Positions 20,185 through 28,940 of a DNA stretch of 64,000 nt are shown one piece after another (the first letter of the stretch is position 1; each line of letters starts with the position of its first letter). The stretch comes from Deltaproteobacteria bacterium (GTDB lineage: Bacteria > Myxococcota > Kuafuiibacteriia > Kuafuiibacteriales > Kuafuiibacteriaceae): NCBI GenBank assembly GCA_040218735.1, contig JAVJQW010000043.1, positions 368,780-432,779 on the forward strand. The letters run 5' to 3'. The notes below the pieces were generated by a model. That model was given only the letters and a program-made list of their open reading frames with translations, was not told the origin of the DNA and did not search any database. A program made the position numbers and the translations under genes.

Positions 20185-21185
20185 CGCGCCTTACGCTTCT
20201 TCATCTTCTCCCGCGGCACCATCGGCTTCGAGAGCTGCCGAAGGACCGGCGCGGTGTCGCAACTCATCTTGCACTTCCCCTCGATGCAAGCCGACTTGCA
20301 CTCGGAGTCGACCGAGCAGGACGCGCCCACGGCTTTCGGAGCGACGCAGCGTTTCTCGGAGCAGGAGAGCCCCGCGGCGCAGTCGCCGCCGATGCACGGC
20401 TCGCCCTCGGCGGCGAGCGCGCTCCCCGCGCACACCCCCTCGCGGCATCGGTGCTCGGGTCCGCACTGGACGTTCGAGACACACGCGCCGCCCGGCTCGA
20501 TGAACGCGCGGCAGCGGTTGCGATCGCAGAACCCGTCGCAGACCGGACGTGTCCGCTCGACGTGGGTCTGGCGTAGGTAGGTGACGAGCGGATCCACGCC
20601 CGTGTTACACGAGGCGCGGGGCGGCGCCGGAGGCCCGCAGCGTCCGAGGTCCGTGGGCCCGCCGCCGACGCAGTGCATGCCGTCGGGGCACTCGAGCGTC
20701 GAGCGGCACGCCTGGCCGAGCTGACGTGTCCCGGTGACGAGCTCGCGGCAGGCTTCGGGGGTCTTCAGCGGCGTCGGCGCGACCCAGTCGCAGCCTTCGT
20801 GTTGCGTTTCGATCGCGGCCTCGCAGGCCTCGACCTTCGCCTCGTCGAGCACGACACCCTTCACCAGGATTGCGCCCGCGAGGTTGCGCTCACACTCACT
20901 CGTGAGCAGGACGCCGGGTTTACGTTCGCAGCACTCCGCGCGCCGTACCTTGGGGCGCTCGTGGAGCGCCTTGCAAAGACGCGTGACGATCGGGGGGATC
21001 GTCTCGATCTTTTCGGGGTAGACCGGGCGGATCTCGTCGTCCTCCTCGGGCGGGGCGTCCGCGGTGGGTTGCCCCGCGTCGCGCGGCGCGGCGGGTTCCT
21101 TCTGGGCCGCTTCCTCGGTCTTCTTGCAGCCCACGAGGACCAGCGCCGAGAACAGTGCGAGTGAGACGAACGAATTTCGGGGCAC
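20181..21185 (-). CDS. cysteine-rich lipoprotein
   Basis: Lipobox 'LVGC'; repeated 'GxxCxxxxxC..C' modules. Confidence 0.7.
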   Translation of the reverse strand: MPRNSFVSLALFSALVLVGCKKTEEAAQKEPAAPRDAGQPTADAPPEEDDEIRPVYPEKIETIPPIVTRLCKALHERPKVRRAECCERKPGVLLTSECERNLAGAILVKGVVLDEAKVEACEAAIETQHEGCDWVAPTPLKTPEACRELVTGTRQLGQACRSTLECPDGMHCVGGGPTDLGRCGPPAPPRASCNTGVDPLVTYLRQTHVERTRPVCDGFCDRNRCRAFIEPGGACVSNVQCGPEHRCREGVCAGSALAAEGEPCIGGDCAAGLSCSEKRCVAPKAVGASCSVDSECKSACIEGKCKMSCDTAPVLRQLSKPMVPREKMKKRKAR

Positions 21186-21299
21186 GCCGTACGGTCTCCA
21201 ACCCCCTCGCTCGGCGCAAGCCGCGCGGGGTTCGAATGTCGTACGTGTGAAGGCTAGTTCTGGATCGATCGCCGACGCTCGGCGGATGCTCCCCGCGCC

Positions 21300-21776
21300 G
21301 TGAAGCTCGTCGTCGTGATCGTGGGCAAGGACCGAGGCGATCCGATCGTCGGCGCGAGTGACGACTACCTGCAGCGCCTCCAGCACTACTTCCCGGCCGA
21401 GGTCGTCGAGGTGAAGGAGGAGCCCGCGAAGAAGGGCCGCTCCGTCGAAGTCGTGAAACGCGCCGAGGCCGAGCGCATCCGACGCGTGATACCGGACGGC
21501 GCCATCACCATCGCGCTCGACGAACGCGGCAAGGCGTACCGCTCCGAACAGCTCGCCGAGAAGCTCGAGCGCTGGCAGGTCGAGGGCACGCGCAACGTCG
21601 CGCTCGTCATCGGCGGCCCCAACGGCCTCGACGCCGAGCTCCTGAAGAAGGCACGCGAGCGCTGGTCGCTGTCGTCGCTGACGCTCCCGCACCGCATCGC
21701 CCGGCTCGTGCTCCTCGAACAGCTCTACCGCGCCGGGACGATCCTCCGCCGCGAGCCGTATCACCGGGGCGACTGA
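21300..21776 (+). CDS. rlmH: 23S rRNA (pseudouridine1915-N3)-methyltransferase
   Basis: 'IALDERGK..SE', 'IGGPNGL', 'SLSSLTLPHRIARLVLLEQLYRA..PYH'. Confidence 0.95.
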   Translation: MKLVVVIVGKDRGDPIVGASDDYLQRLQHYFPAEVVEVKEEPAKKGRSVEVVKRAEAERIRRVIPDGAITIALDERGKAYRSEQLAEKLERWQVEGTRNVALVIGGPNGLDAELLKKARERWSLSSLTLPHRIARLVLLEQLYRAGTILRREPYHRGD

Positions 21777-22381
21777 TGTCGATCGTCGAAGGCCTGCTCG
21801 ACGTCTTTCACCCGCCGTCGTGCGCGGCGTGTGGACGCCTCGGCGCCGAGCCGTTCTGCGCCACCTGCGCCGAGGCGCTGCTCCCCGCGGAGCCGTTTGA
21901 AGTCGCGGGCGTTGCAAAGGCGGTCGCGGTCTACACGTTCGGAGGGCCGATCGCGGAGGCGATCCACCACTTCAAATATCACGACCGTCCGGACCTCGGT
22001 CGGCCGCTCGGCCGCTCGATGCGCCCCGCGCTCGAGCGCTTCGCGCCCTTCGATCTCGTGGTCGCGATGCCGCCCTCCCGCGGTCGGCTCGTCGCGCGCG
22101 GCTACGACCCGGCGCGTGAGCTGGTTCGTGGACTGTCGCTCCGGCCGGACATCGACGCGCTCCTCCGCGTCACCGAGCCGCCGGCGCAGGTAGGGCTGGA
22201 TCGGGACAAACGGCTCGCGAACCTCACCGGCGCGTTCGCCGCCGACGGGCCGCGTGTCCGGGGCCGAAACGTGCTCCTGGTGGACGACGTCGTCACCACG
22301 GGGGCCACCGCGGAGGCGGCGACGGCCGCGCTCTCGGCCGCGGCGTCCGTCCAACTCTTGGCGCTCGCACACACACCCTGA
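21776..22381 (+). CDS. comF: ComF-family phosphoribosyltransferase
   Basis: N-terminal CxxC..CxxC; 'FKY', 'RGYD', 'LLVDDVVTTGAT'. Confidence 0.88.
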   Translation: MSIVEGLLDVFHPPSCAACGRLGAEPFCATCAEALLPAEPFEVAGVAKAVAVYTFGGPIAEAIHHFKYHDRPDLGRPLGRSMRPALERFAPFDLVVAMPPSRGRLVARGYDPARELVRGLSLRPDIDALLRVTEPPAQVGLDRDKRLANLTGAFAADGPRVRGRNVLLVDDVVTTGATAEAATAALSAAASVQLLALAHTP

Positions 22382-22460
22382 TCCCCGTACCGCGAAACCC
22401 CAACCCCCGGTCATGCGCCCGATGCGCTGACGTGCCCTGAACGGTCATCTTCCACGCGGT

Positions 22461-23756
22461 TTGGGGATCGAACACCACAGAGGACTTCACCTTCCGTTGC
22501 TTGGATGTCTCGTGCTCGGCGCGCTCGCGCTCGGGTCGGCGTGTCGAGACCAAGGCGGCGTGCCTGTCGATCGGAGCGACGCCGGTACCAGCGCGTTGAC
22601 GTGCATGACGACCACCGACTGCGGCGGCACCGGCGTGTGCGTGGCCGGGCTGTGTCAGCAGGTCACGTCGTGCAACGAAGACAGCGAGTGCGCGGCGGAC
22701 AACAAGGTCTGCCACAACAGCCGCTTCTTCTGCGTCGAGTGCGACGGCCGTGAAGGGCAGTGCGGCACCGGCTTCAGGTGCCAGTTCGACTTCACGTGCG
22801 CCGAAGTGACGACGTCCACGATGTCGGAGCGCAACTGTATGGCGTCCTGTACGGACCGCTCGATGTGCAACCCCGATCAGGTCTGCGACGCCGAGATGGG
22901 CCAGTGCTGCGATCCGCCGCGCCGTTGCCGTTCGCCGGCCGACTGCCCGACCTCCCAGCCCGAGTGCAACGGCGCCAACGGCTCGTGCTTCGGCGGCGAC
23001 GGCTGCTTCGACAACGCCGAGTGCGAGCAGCAGCCGGGCTGCGCCGGCGGCCTGTGTGAGTGTGAGATCGTCGGCGGTGGCTCCGGTACGTGCGTCATGC
23101 GCGGCGCCGAGTGCGCGAACGACATGGACTGCTTCGACAACGGCACCTACGACGGCAAGTACTGCACGCTCTCGATGCCGCCGCCGCGTTGCCTCGAGGC
23201 GCCGATGTGCACGGACTCCGTCGCGTGCTCGCGGCTCGGTCTCGTCTGCGACATGACACAGGGCAGCCCGAGCTTCGGTCGCTGCAAGAACGGCGACCCG
23301 TGTCCGATGGGGAACGAGTGCGGCGCGAACCAGGTCTGCGCGAACGGCGTCTGTGTCGGTGAGAACTGCTCCAACAACCCGGCGCTCTGCGGACAAAACG
23401 AGATGTGCGACGGCGTGTCGCTCACGTGTGTCCCGGTGCAGGGCGGCACGTGCACGGTCGATACGGACTGCCAGGCCGGCTACTACTGCGAGACGTCGAT
23501 CAGCGAGTGCCGCGTCGGCTGCCGCGACAACTCGGAGTGCGGCTCCGGCATCTGCAACGCGATGCACCAGTGCGAGCAGCCGGCCGGCGGGCTGTGCGGC
23601 GCGTGCGCGACCGACGCCGACTGCCCGGCGGGCGCGTCCTGCAAGGACATCACCGGCCAGATGAAGTGCTACGAGGACTGCAACACGTTTACGGGTCAGG
23701 ACTGCATGATCGACCCGAGCGCGACCTGCTTCATCACCGTCTGCTCCTGCCTGTAA
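22461..23756 (+). CDS. very cysteine-rich lipoprotein (myxobacterial disulfide-rich repeats)
   Basis: Lipobox 'GSAC'; many CxxxxDC..C..C modules; start uncertain. Confidence 0.8.
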   Translation: MGIEHHRGLHLPLLGCLVLGALALGSACRDQGGVPVDRSDAGTSALTCMTTTDCGGTGVCVAGLCQQVTSCNEDSECAADNKVCHNSRFFCVECDGREGQCGTGFRCQFDFTCAEVTTSTMSERNCMASCTDRSMCNPDQVCDAEMGQCCDPPRRCRSPADCPTSQPECNGANGSCFGGDGCFDNAECEQQPGCAGGLCECEIVGGGSGTCVMRGAECANDMDCFDNGTYDGKYCTLSMPPPRCLEAPMCTDSVACSRLGLVCDMTQGSPSFGRCKNGDPCPMGNECGANQVCANGVCVGENCSNNPALCGQNEMCDGVSLTCVPVQGGTCTVDTDCQAGYYCETSISECRVGCRDNSECGSGICNAMHQCEQPAGGLCGACATDADCPAGASCKDITGQMKCYEDCNTFTGQDCMIDPSATCFITVCSCL

Positions 23757-23769
23757 ACAGGATACCTAC

Positions 23770-23801
23770 ACGCAACTACCTGTCCTCACCTGCCGATAAG
23801 G
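23770..23801 (+). promoter_or_regulatory. sigma28-like promoter motif ACGCAAC-N16-CCGATAAGG
   Basis: GCCGATAA at 23792-23799; the same motif and spacing recur at 51422-51453. Confidence 0.55.
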
Positions 23802-23812
23802 CAGGTGAGGCC

Positions 23813-24439
23813 ATGCGCGCTGCGCCGATCCACGCTCCGATGGAGGATGCACCGACTTCGGTGGATCCCCCGCGAATTCGAAGGGTTCGAGGCGCACGGG
23901 TCCGTCTGGAGCCCCCGCCCGAGGCGGAGGAGCGAGCGGGGCCCACGTTCCACGGCGTCCGGGGGGACCCTGGGAATCGGCTCGCCCGCGCGCCGCTCAC
24001 GGCGGTGCGGATCCGCGAGGCGATCGCGCTGCGGAACCACCGGATCGACCAGGCGGAGCGCGCCCCCCCGCCGCGCGCCGGACCGGCGCGCGTCCCCATC
24101 GACTGGGTGCGCTCGCGCGACGCTCAGCAGCAGATCCGACAGACGGGCCCCGATCGGCTCCGCATCCTGCGGACCGGCGCCGGACGCCCCGGCCCGAATC
24201 CGCGCCACCCGCACCGACCCGTCACGCCGCTCACCCCCGCGGTGAGCGTCGCGATCGACGGGCTCGTCTACACCGTCGTCGTCACGCCGGGCGCGACCCC
24301 CGAAGCGACGGCGCGTCTGCTCGCGGAGCGCCTGAAGGGCCGCTATCACGTCGAAATTCGAGAGGTTTCAGCCTCGAGCGCGACCGTTCGTCTAAAGCCT
24401 CCCATACTAAGGACCACCGACCCGAGCCGCGCACGTTGA
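23813..24439 (+). CDS. hypothetical Arg/Pro-rich protein
   Basis: SD-like GGTGAGG before the ATG; C-terminal 'TPGATPEATARLLAERL' small alpha/beta region. Confidence 0.5.
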   Translation: MRAAPIHAPMEDAPTSVDPPRIRRVRGARVRLEPPPEAEERAGPTFHGVRGDPGNRLARAPLTAVRIREAIALRNHRIDQAERAPPPRAGPARVPIDWVRSRDAQQQIRQTGPDRLRILRTGAGRPGPNPRHPHRPVTPLTPAVSVAIDGLVYTVVVTPGATPEATARLLAERLKGRYHVEIREVSASSATVRLKPPILRTTDPSRAR

Positions 24440-24494
24440 CTTTGGAATCAACCGGACGGACCCTGCCAAAAGTGTGGAGTAGCACTCCACGCTT
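24435..24494. promoter_or_regulatory. two inverted repeats upstream of the acyl-CoA dehydrogenase operon (putative operators)
   Basis: gttga-N8-tcaac (24435-24452) and gtggagt-agc-actccac (24474-24490). Confidence 0.5.
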
Positions 24495-24514
24495 ATCCAG
24501 GGAGGACCATCCGC

Positions 24515-25714
24515 ATGATTTCGTTCGAGCTCGACGAGGCCCAGGCGCTCTTCGCCAAGACCGCGTCCGACTTCGCGCGCGACCGGTTCCGGCCGGCCGC
24601 ACGTTCCGCTGAAGCCGAGGGTCGCGCCGCCGACGCGCTGACCGCCGAGTACACGTCGCTCGGCTTCGGCGCGTTGGATCTGCCGGAGGCGATCGGCGGG
24701 CTGGGGCAGGGCCTCGCGACGCGCGCCGTCGTGGAGGAGGCGCTCGCGTTCGGTGACCTCGGGCTCACGCTCGCGATGCCGAACCCCGGACCGTTCGCCG
24801 ACGCGTTGCTCGCGTTGGGCGACGACGCGGACCAGGCGCGTCACCTCGCGCCGCTCGTCGAGGCGGGGCGCCGCGGCGGTCTGCTGTGGTCGGAGGTGAA
24901 GCCGCGCGCGCGTACGTTCTCGACCGTCGCGCGCGAGGTCGACCGGGGCTTCGCGATCGTCGGTCGCAAGGCGCACGCGGTCGCGGCGCGCGAGGTCGCG
25001 TCGTTCGTGGTGTTCGCTCGAATGGAGCGCAACGATGGAGAGGTCCGGCCCGCCGCGTTCGTCGTGCCGGCCGACGCCGACGGCGTGCGCGTCGGTGAGC
25101 CGATCCGTGGCCTCGGGCTGCAGGCCGCGCCGACGTGTGAGGTCACGTTGGAGGACGTCGTCGTCGACGCCGACCACCGCCTCGCGGCCGCCGACGAAGA
25201 CTTCGACGGCCGGGTCGTCACGATGTGGTCGCGCATCGCGATCGTCGCGGCGGCGCGGAGCGTCGGGCTCGCGGCGGCGGCGTTCGAGTACGCGCGCGCC
25301 TACGCCGCCGAGCGCGAGGCGTTCGGAAAACCGATCGCACATTTCCAGGGGCTCGCGTTCCTGATCGCGGACATGGCGACGCGCGTGGAGGTCATGCGCG
25401 CCCTGGTGATGCGCGCGGCGTGGGCGTTCGACACCGGCGCGAAGGACCGCACGAAGTACGCGGCGATGGCCGCGGCCGAGTGTCACGAAGGAGCGATGTT
25501 CGTCGCGAACCAAGGGGTGCAAGTGCTCGGCGGGGCCGGCTTCGTGCGCGACCACCTGTCGGAGAAGTGGATGCGCGACGCGCGCGCGCACATGGCGTTC
25601 GGGATCCCGTCCGCGCTCGCCGACCTGATCGTCGGGCGGCGAGCGCTCGGCGAGAGCGACGCCAACCTCCAAGAAGATGCCCCGATGCCCGAGCTGCAGC
25701 CGGTGATGGCGTAG
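24515..25714 (+). CDS. acyl-CoA dehydrogenase family protein (lacks the canonical C-terminal Glu motif)
   Basis: SD GGAGG; 'REAFGKPIAHFQGLAFLIADM', 'QVLGGAGF', 'EKWMRDA' but no 'IxEGT'. Confidence 0.9.
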   Translation: MISFELDEAQALFAKTASDFARDRFRPAARSAEAEGRAADALTAEYTSLGFGALDLPEAIGGLGQGLATRAVVEEALAFGDLGLTLAMPNPGPFADALLALGDDADQARHLAPLVEAGRRGGLLWSEVKPRARTFSTVAREVDRGFAIVGRKAHAVAAREVASFVVFARMERNDGEVRPAAFVVPADADGVRVGEPIRGLGLQAAPTCEVTLEDVVVDADHRLAAADEDFDGRVVTMWSRIAIVAAARSVGLAAAAFEYARAYAAEREAFGKPIAHFQGLAFLIADMATRVEVMRALVMRAAWAFDTGAKDRTKYAAMAAAECHEGAMFVANQGVQVLGGAGFVRDHLSEKWMRDARAHMAFGIPSALADLIVGRRALGESDANLQEDAPMPELQPVMA

Positions 25715-25731
25715 GCCCGAAGGAGACCGAC

Positions 25732-26919
25732 ATGGAATTCGAGCTCACCGACTCCCAGCAGAACGTCCGCCAGCTCGTGCACTGGCTCGCCAAGGAGCGG
25801 ATCCGTCCGCTCTCGCTGCAGGCGGATCGCGACCACACCTGGCCCAACGACTTCCTCCTCGAGCTGAAGCAGATGGGCGTCTCGCAGAGTGCTTCCTCCG
25901 CCGACGACGGGAACACGGATCGATCCGGCCCCAAGCAGACGAGCCGCAGCGCGGTCATCGGCGCGGAGGAGATGGCGTGGGGCGACGCGTCCCTGATCCT
26001 CACGCTCCCCGGCCCGGGCCTCGGCGGTCCGCCGGTGCGGATGACGGGGACGCCCGAGCAGAAGGAGCGCTTCTTCGCGCCCTTCGCGAAACAAGACGAG
26101 GTGCACTGGGGCGCGTACGCGCTGACCGAGCCGGCCGCAGGGAGCGACGTCGCGGGCATCCGAACCACCGCGAAGAAGGACGGCGACGCGTACGTGATCG
26201 ACGGGACGAAGTGCTACATCACCAACGGCGCGCGCGCCGACTGGGTGGTCGTCTTCGCCACGGTCGACCCGTCGAAGGGGCGCGCGGGGCACCGCGCGTT
26301 CGTGGTCGAGAAGGGGACGCCGGGGTTCTCGGTCGGGAAGATCGAGGAAAAGATGGGCCTGCGCGCGAGCGAGACCGCGGAGCTCGTCTTCGAGTCGTGC
26401 CGCGTCCCGGTCGACAACCTGCTCGGCGGCGAGGCGCTCTACGAGAAGAGCGACGGCTTCAAGACCGCGATGAAGACCTTCGACAACACCCGCCCGCTGG
26501 TCGCGGCGATGGCCGTCGGCATCGGGCGCGCGGCGTTCGAGCGGGCCCGCGACTTCGCGAAGGAGGCGTACGTGCTGTCGAGGCCGATCGCGAGATACGC
26601 CAGCATTCGCGCGATGTTGGGGCGCATGGAGCGTCGGCTCGAGGCGGCGCGTCTGCTCACCTGGAAGGCCGCGACGATGGCCGACCTCGGCATCCCGAAC
26701 ACGAAGGAAGCGTCGATGTGCAAGGCGTTCGCGGCGGAGGTCGCGCAGGGCGTGACCATCGATGCGATCGAAGTGATGGGCGCCGCCGGCAACCACGCGG
26801 ACGCGTTCGTGGAGAAGTGGTTCCGCGACGTGAAGGTGTACGACATCTTCGAAGGCACCGGACAGATCCAACGCATCGTGATCGCGAAGCGGTTGTTCGA
26901 GACGATCCGATCCTTCTGA
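25732..26919 (+). CDS. acyl-CoA dehydrogenase
   Basis: SD AAGGAG; 'ALTEPAAGSD', 'GTKCYITNG', 'KMGLRASETAEL', 'IFEGTGQIQ'. Confidence 0.95.
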   Translation: MEFELTDSQQNVRQLVHWLAKERIRPLSLQADRDHTWPNDFLLELKQMGVSQSASSADDGNTDRSGPKQTSRSAVIGAEEMAWGDASLILTLPGPGLGGPPVRMTGTPEQKERFFAPFAKQDEVHWGAYALTEPAAGSDVAGIRTTAKKDGDAYVIDGTKCYITNGARADWVVVFATVDPSKGRAGHRAFVVEKGTPGFSVGKIEEKMGLRASETAELVFESCRVPVDNLLGGEALYEKSDGFKTAMKTFDNTRPLVAAMAVGIGRAAFERARDFAKEAYVLSRPIARYASIRAMLGRMERRLEAARLLTWKAATMADLGIPNTKEASMCKAFAAEVAQGVTIDAIEVMGAAGNHADAFVEKWFRDVKVYDIFEGTGQIQRIVIAKRLFETIRSF

Positions 26920-27065
26920 AGCGCGATCGATGATCGCGATTCGGCCGCATCACATCGGGCTTTGATCGATCATCGTCGTCGTCGATCGATCACGACTCGG
27001 ATCGATCGACGACGATCCGAGTCGTCGCCAGCCATAGTTCGCAGGAGCATGCAATGCGCATGTTG

Positions 27066-27094
27066 TTGACATCGTCTCTGGCGCTCCGTACATT
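27066..27094 (+). promoter_or_regulatory. sigma70 promoter TTGACA-N17-TACATT
   Basis: Near-consensus -35 and -10 with 17-bp spacing upstream of the histone-like gene. Confidence 0.75.
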
Positions 27095-27142
27095 TCGCTC
27101 AACTTTTGCCTCGGTACGTCCGAGGCACGAAAGGTGAATCGG

Positions 27143-27406
27143 ATGGCAACCAAGAAGAAGACGACGAAACGCAAGACAACGAAGCGCAAGGCGACCAAGC
27201 GCAAGCCGGCCGCCAAGAAGAAGGCCACGAAGAAGAAGGCCACCAAGAAGAAGGCCACGAAGAAGAAGGCCACCAAGAAGAAGGTGACCAAGAAGAAGGC
27301 CACCAAGAAGAAGGCTACGAAGAAGAAGGCCACGAAGAAGAAGGCCACCAAGCGCAAGGCGACCAAGAAGAAGGCCACCAAGCGCAAGGCGACCAAGCGC
27401 AAGTAG
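27143..27406 (+). CDS. histone H1-like lysine-rich protein (KKKAT repeats)
   Basis: 87 aa, 17 tribasic K(K/R)K blocks; has its own promoter, SD-like AAGGTG and terminator. Confidence 0.85.
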   Translation: MATKKKTTKRKTTKRKATKRKPAAKKKATKKKATKKKATKKKATKKKVTKKKATKKKATKKKATKKKATKRKATKKKATKRKATKRK

Positions 27407-27457
27407 CCCGTACCTTCCGAGAGGCAGGAGCCTCTTCTTCGAAGAATAGGATCGCTC

Positions 27458-27500
27458 TTCGGCCCGCCCTCCCTCGGGAGGTGCGGGCCGAAACTTTTTT
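27458..27500 (+). terminator. intrinsic terminator
   Basis: ttcggcccgc-cctcc..ggagg-gcgggccgaa followed by acttttt. Confidence 0.8.
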
Positions 27501-27563
27501 GGGGCCATCCATTTTCGGCCCGACTTTTCTGGGGCCCATCCCGACGCCCCGAGGACTCCCGCC

Positions 27564-28913
27564 GTGACGCTCTCCGCCGCCGAGCTTCGTCAGATCACCG
27601 AGGAGCTGTTGCCCTTGGTCGGCGGCCGCATCCAGCGCGTCGATCTCGTCGCCGAGCGCGAAGCCGTCTTGGAGGTTCGCGTCCCGGGCCGCACCGTGCG
27701 GCTCCTCGTCTCGGCGCGCCCGGGGCTCGGGCGCGTACACGTGGTCGAATCCCGCCCTACGCGGCAGATCCCGGGGGGCAACGTGCAGGCGCTCCTGAGG
27801 CGGCGCCTCGGCGGTCAGCTCCTCGCCGGCCTGTCGTGTGTCGCGCGGACGTTCACGATCGACACCCCCGCCGCACGTTTTTCGGTTCGCATCGACGGCG
27901 GCAAGGACGCGTTTTTGATCCAGCCTCCCGTCGAGCTCGCGTCCCCCGAGGACTTGGATGTCCCCGAGGCCTTCCCGGCTTCGAAGGCCGTCGCCGATCG
28001 CTACGGCGATCGCGCGGACGAAGTGGTGCGCGCGACGAAGCGGCAACAGCTGTTGTCGGTGGTCGCGCGCAAACGAAAGAAGCTCGCGCGCCTCGCGAAG
28101 AACGTGGAGCGCGACGTCGATCGTCTGCAGACGATGGTCGACGGTGCGCGCTTCGGCGAGCTGCTCAAGACGTCGCTGCACACCGTGAAGCGCGGCGCGA
28201 CTTCGGTGACGGTCACCGACTGGTCGACGTCCGAGCCGGTCGACGTCCCGCTCGATCCGAAGCTGTCGGCGAAGGCCAACCTCGAGCGTTACTTCACACG
28301 CGCGAAGAAGGGATCGCGCGGACTGCCGATCGCCGAAGCGCGCGCCGAGAAGATCCGATCCCGGATCGCCGAGCTCGACGCGACGCGGGATCGGATCGAT
28401 GCCGCGTCCGACGAAGAGCTGGATCGGATCGCCGCGCACGACGCCGACGCACTCGCGGGGGTGACGGCGAATCGGATCGAGCGCGACGCGAAGCCGAAGG
28501 CCGCGAAGGTGAACCCCGCCGAAAAGTGGGCGCGTCGTTTCGAGGCGGTCGACGGATCCGAGATCTGGGTCGGACGAGGTGCGAAGGAGAACGACCGGCT
28601 GAGCTTCAACGTGGCGAAGGCGGACGACGTCTGGCTGCACGCGCGGGGCACCGCCGGCGCGCACGTGATCCTGAGGAACGACAAAGGGCAGTCGCCGTCG
28701 TCCGAGGCGCTCCTCGACGCCGCGCACCTCGCGGCGTTCTACTCGAGCGCCAAGAACGACGCGAAGGTCGAGGTCCTCCACACGGAGGCCCGCCACGTGA
28801 AGAAGACGAAGGGCGCGCCCCCCGGCTTGGTGGGGGTCGCCAAGAGCAAGACGCTGCTCGTCCGGATGGATTCAGCGCGCCTGGACCGCCTCCTGGGCCG
28901 GGACGCGCTCTAG
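27564..28913 (+). CDS. rqcH: NFACT/Rqc2-family ribosome quality control protein (FbpA-like)
   Basis: 'GGRIQRV'; 'LDPKLSAKANLERYFTRAKK'; NFACT-R 'IWVGRGAKENDRL..DVWLHARGTAGAHVIL..AAHLAAFYS'. Confidence 0.88.
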   Translation: MTLSAAELRQITEELLPLVGGRIQRVDLVAEREAVLEVRVPGRTVRLLVSARPGLGRVHVVESRPTRQIPGGNVQALLRRRLGGQLLAGLSCVARTFTIDTPAARFSVRIDGGKDAFLIQPPVELASPEDLDVPEAFPASKAVADRYGDRADEVVRATKRQQLLSVVARKRKKLARLAKNVERDVDRLQTMVDGARFGELLKTSLHTVKRGATSVTVTDWSTSEPVDVPLDPKLSAKANLERYFTRAKKGSRGLPIAEARAEKIRSRIAELDATRDRIDAASDEELDRIAAHDADALAGVTANRIERDAKPKAAKVNPAEKWARRFEAVDGSEIWVGRGAKENDRLSFNVAKADDVWLHARGTAGAHVILRNDKGQSPSSEALLDAAHLAAFYSSAKNDAKVEVLHTEARHVKKTKGAPPGLVGVAKSKTLLVRMDSARLDRLLGRDAL

Positions 28914-28940
28914 GCACTCGTGTTACGACCGGCCCGCGGC

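Noticed and set aside
26950-27567. Hydrophobic 'FFLVA' antisense ORF and acidic 'EEGH' alternative-frame ORF
   Set aside because: Shadows of the 15-nt repeat; the promoter, SD and third-position variation support the KKKAT frame
27143-28913. Poly-basic ORF as a ribosome-stalling leader controlling rqcH
   Set aside because: Lys codons are almost all AAG and an intrinsic terminator separates the genes; no supporting evidence
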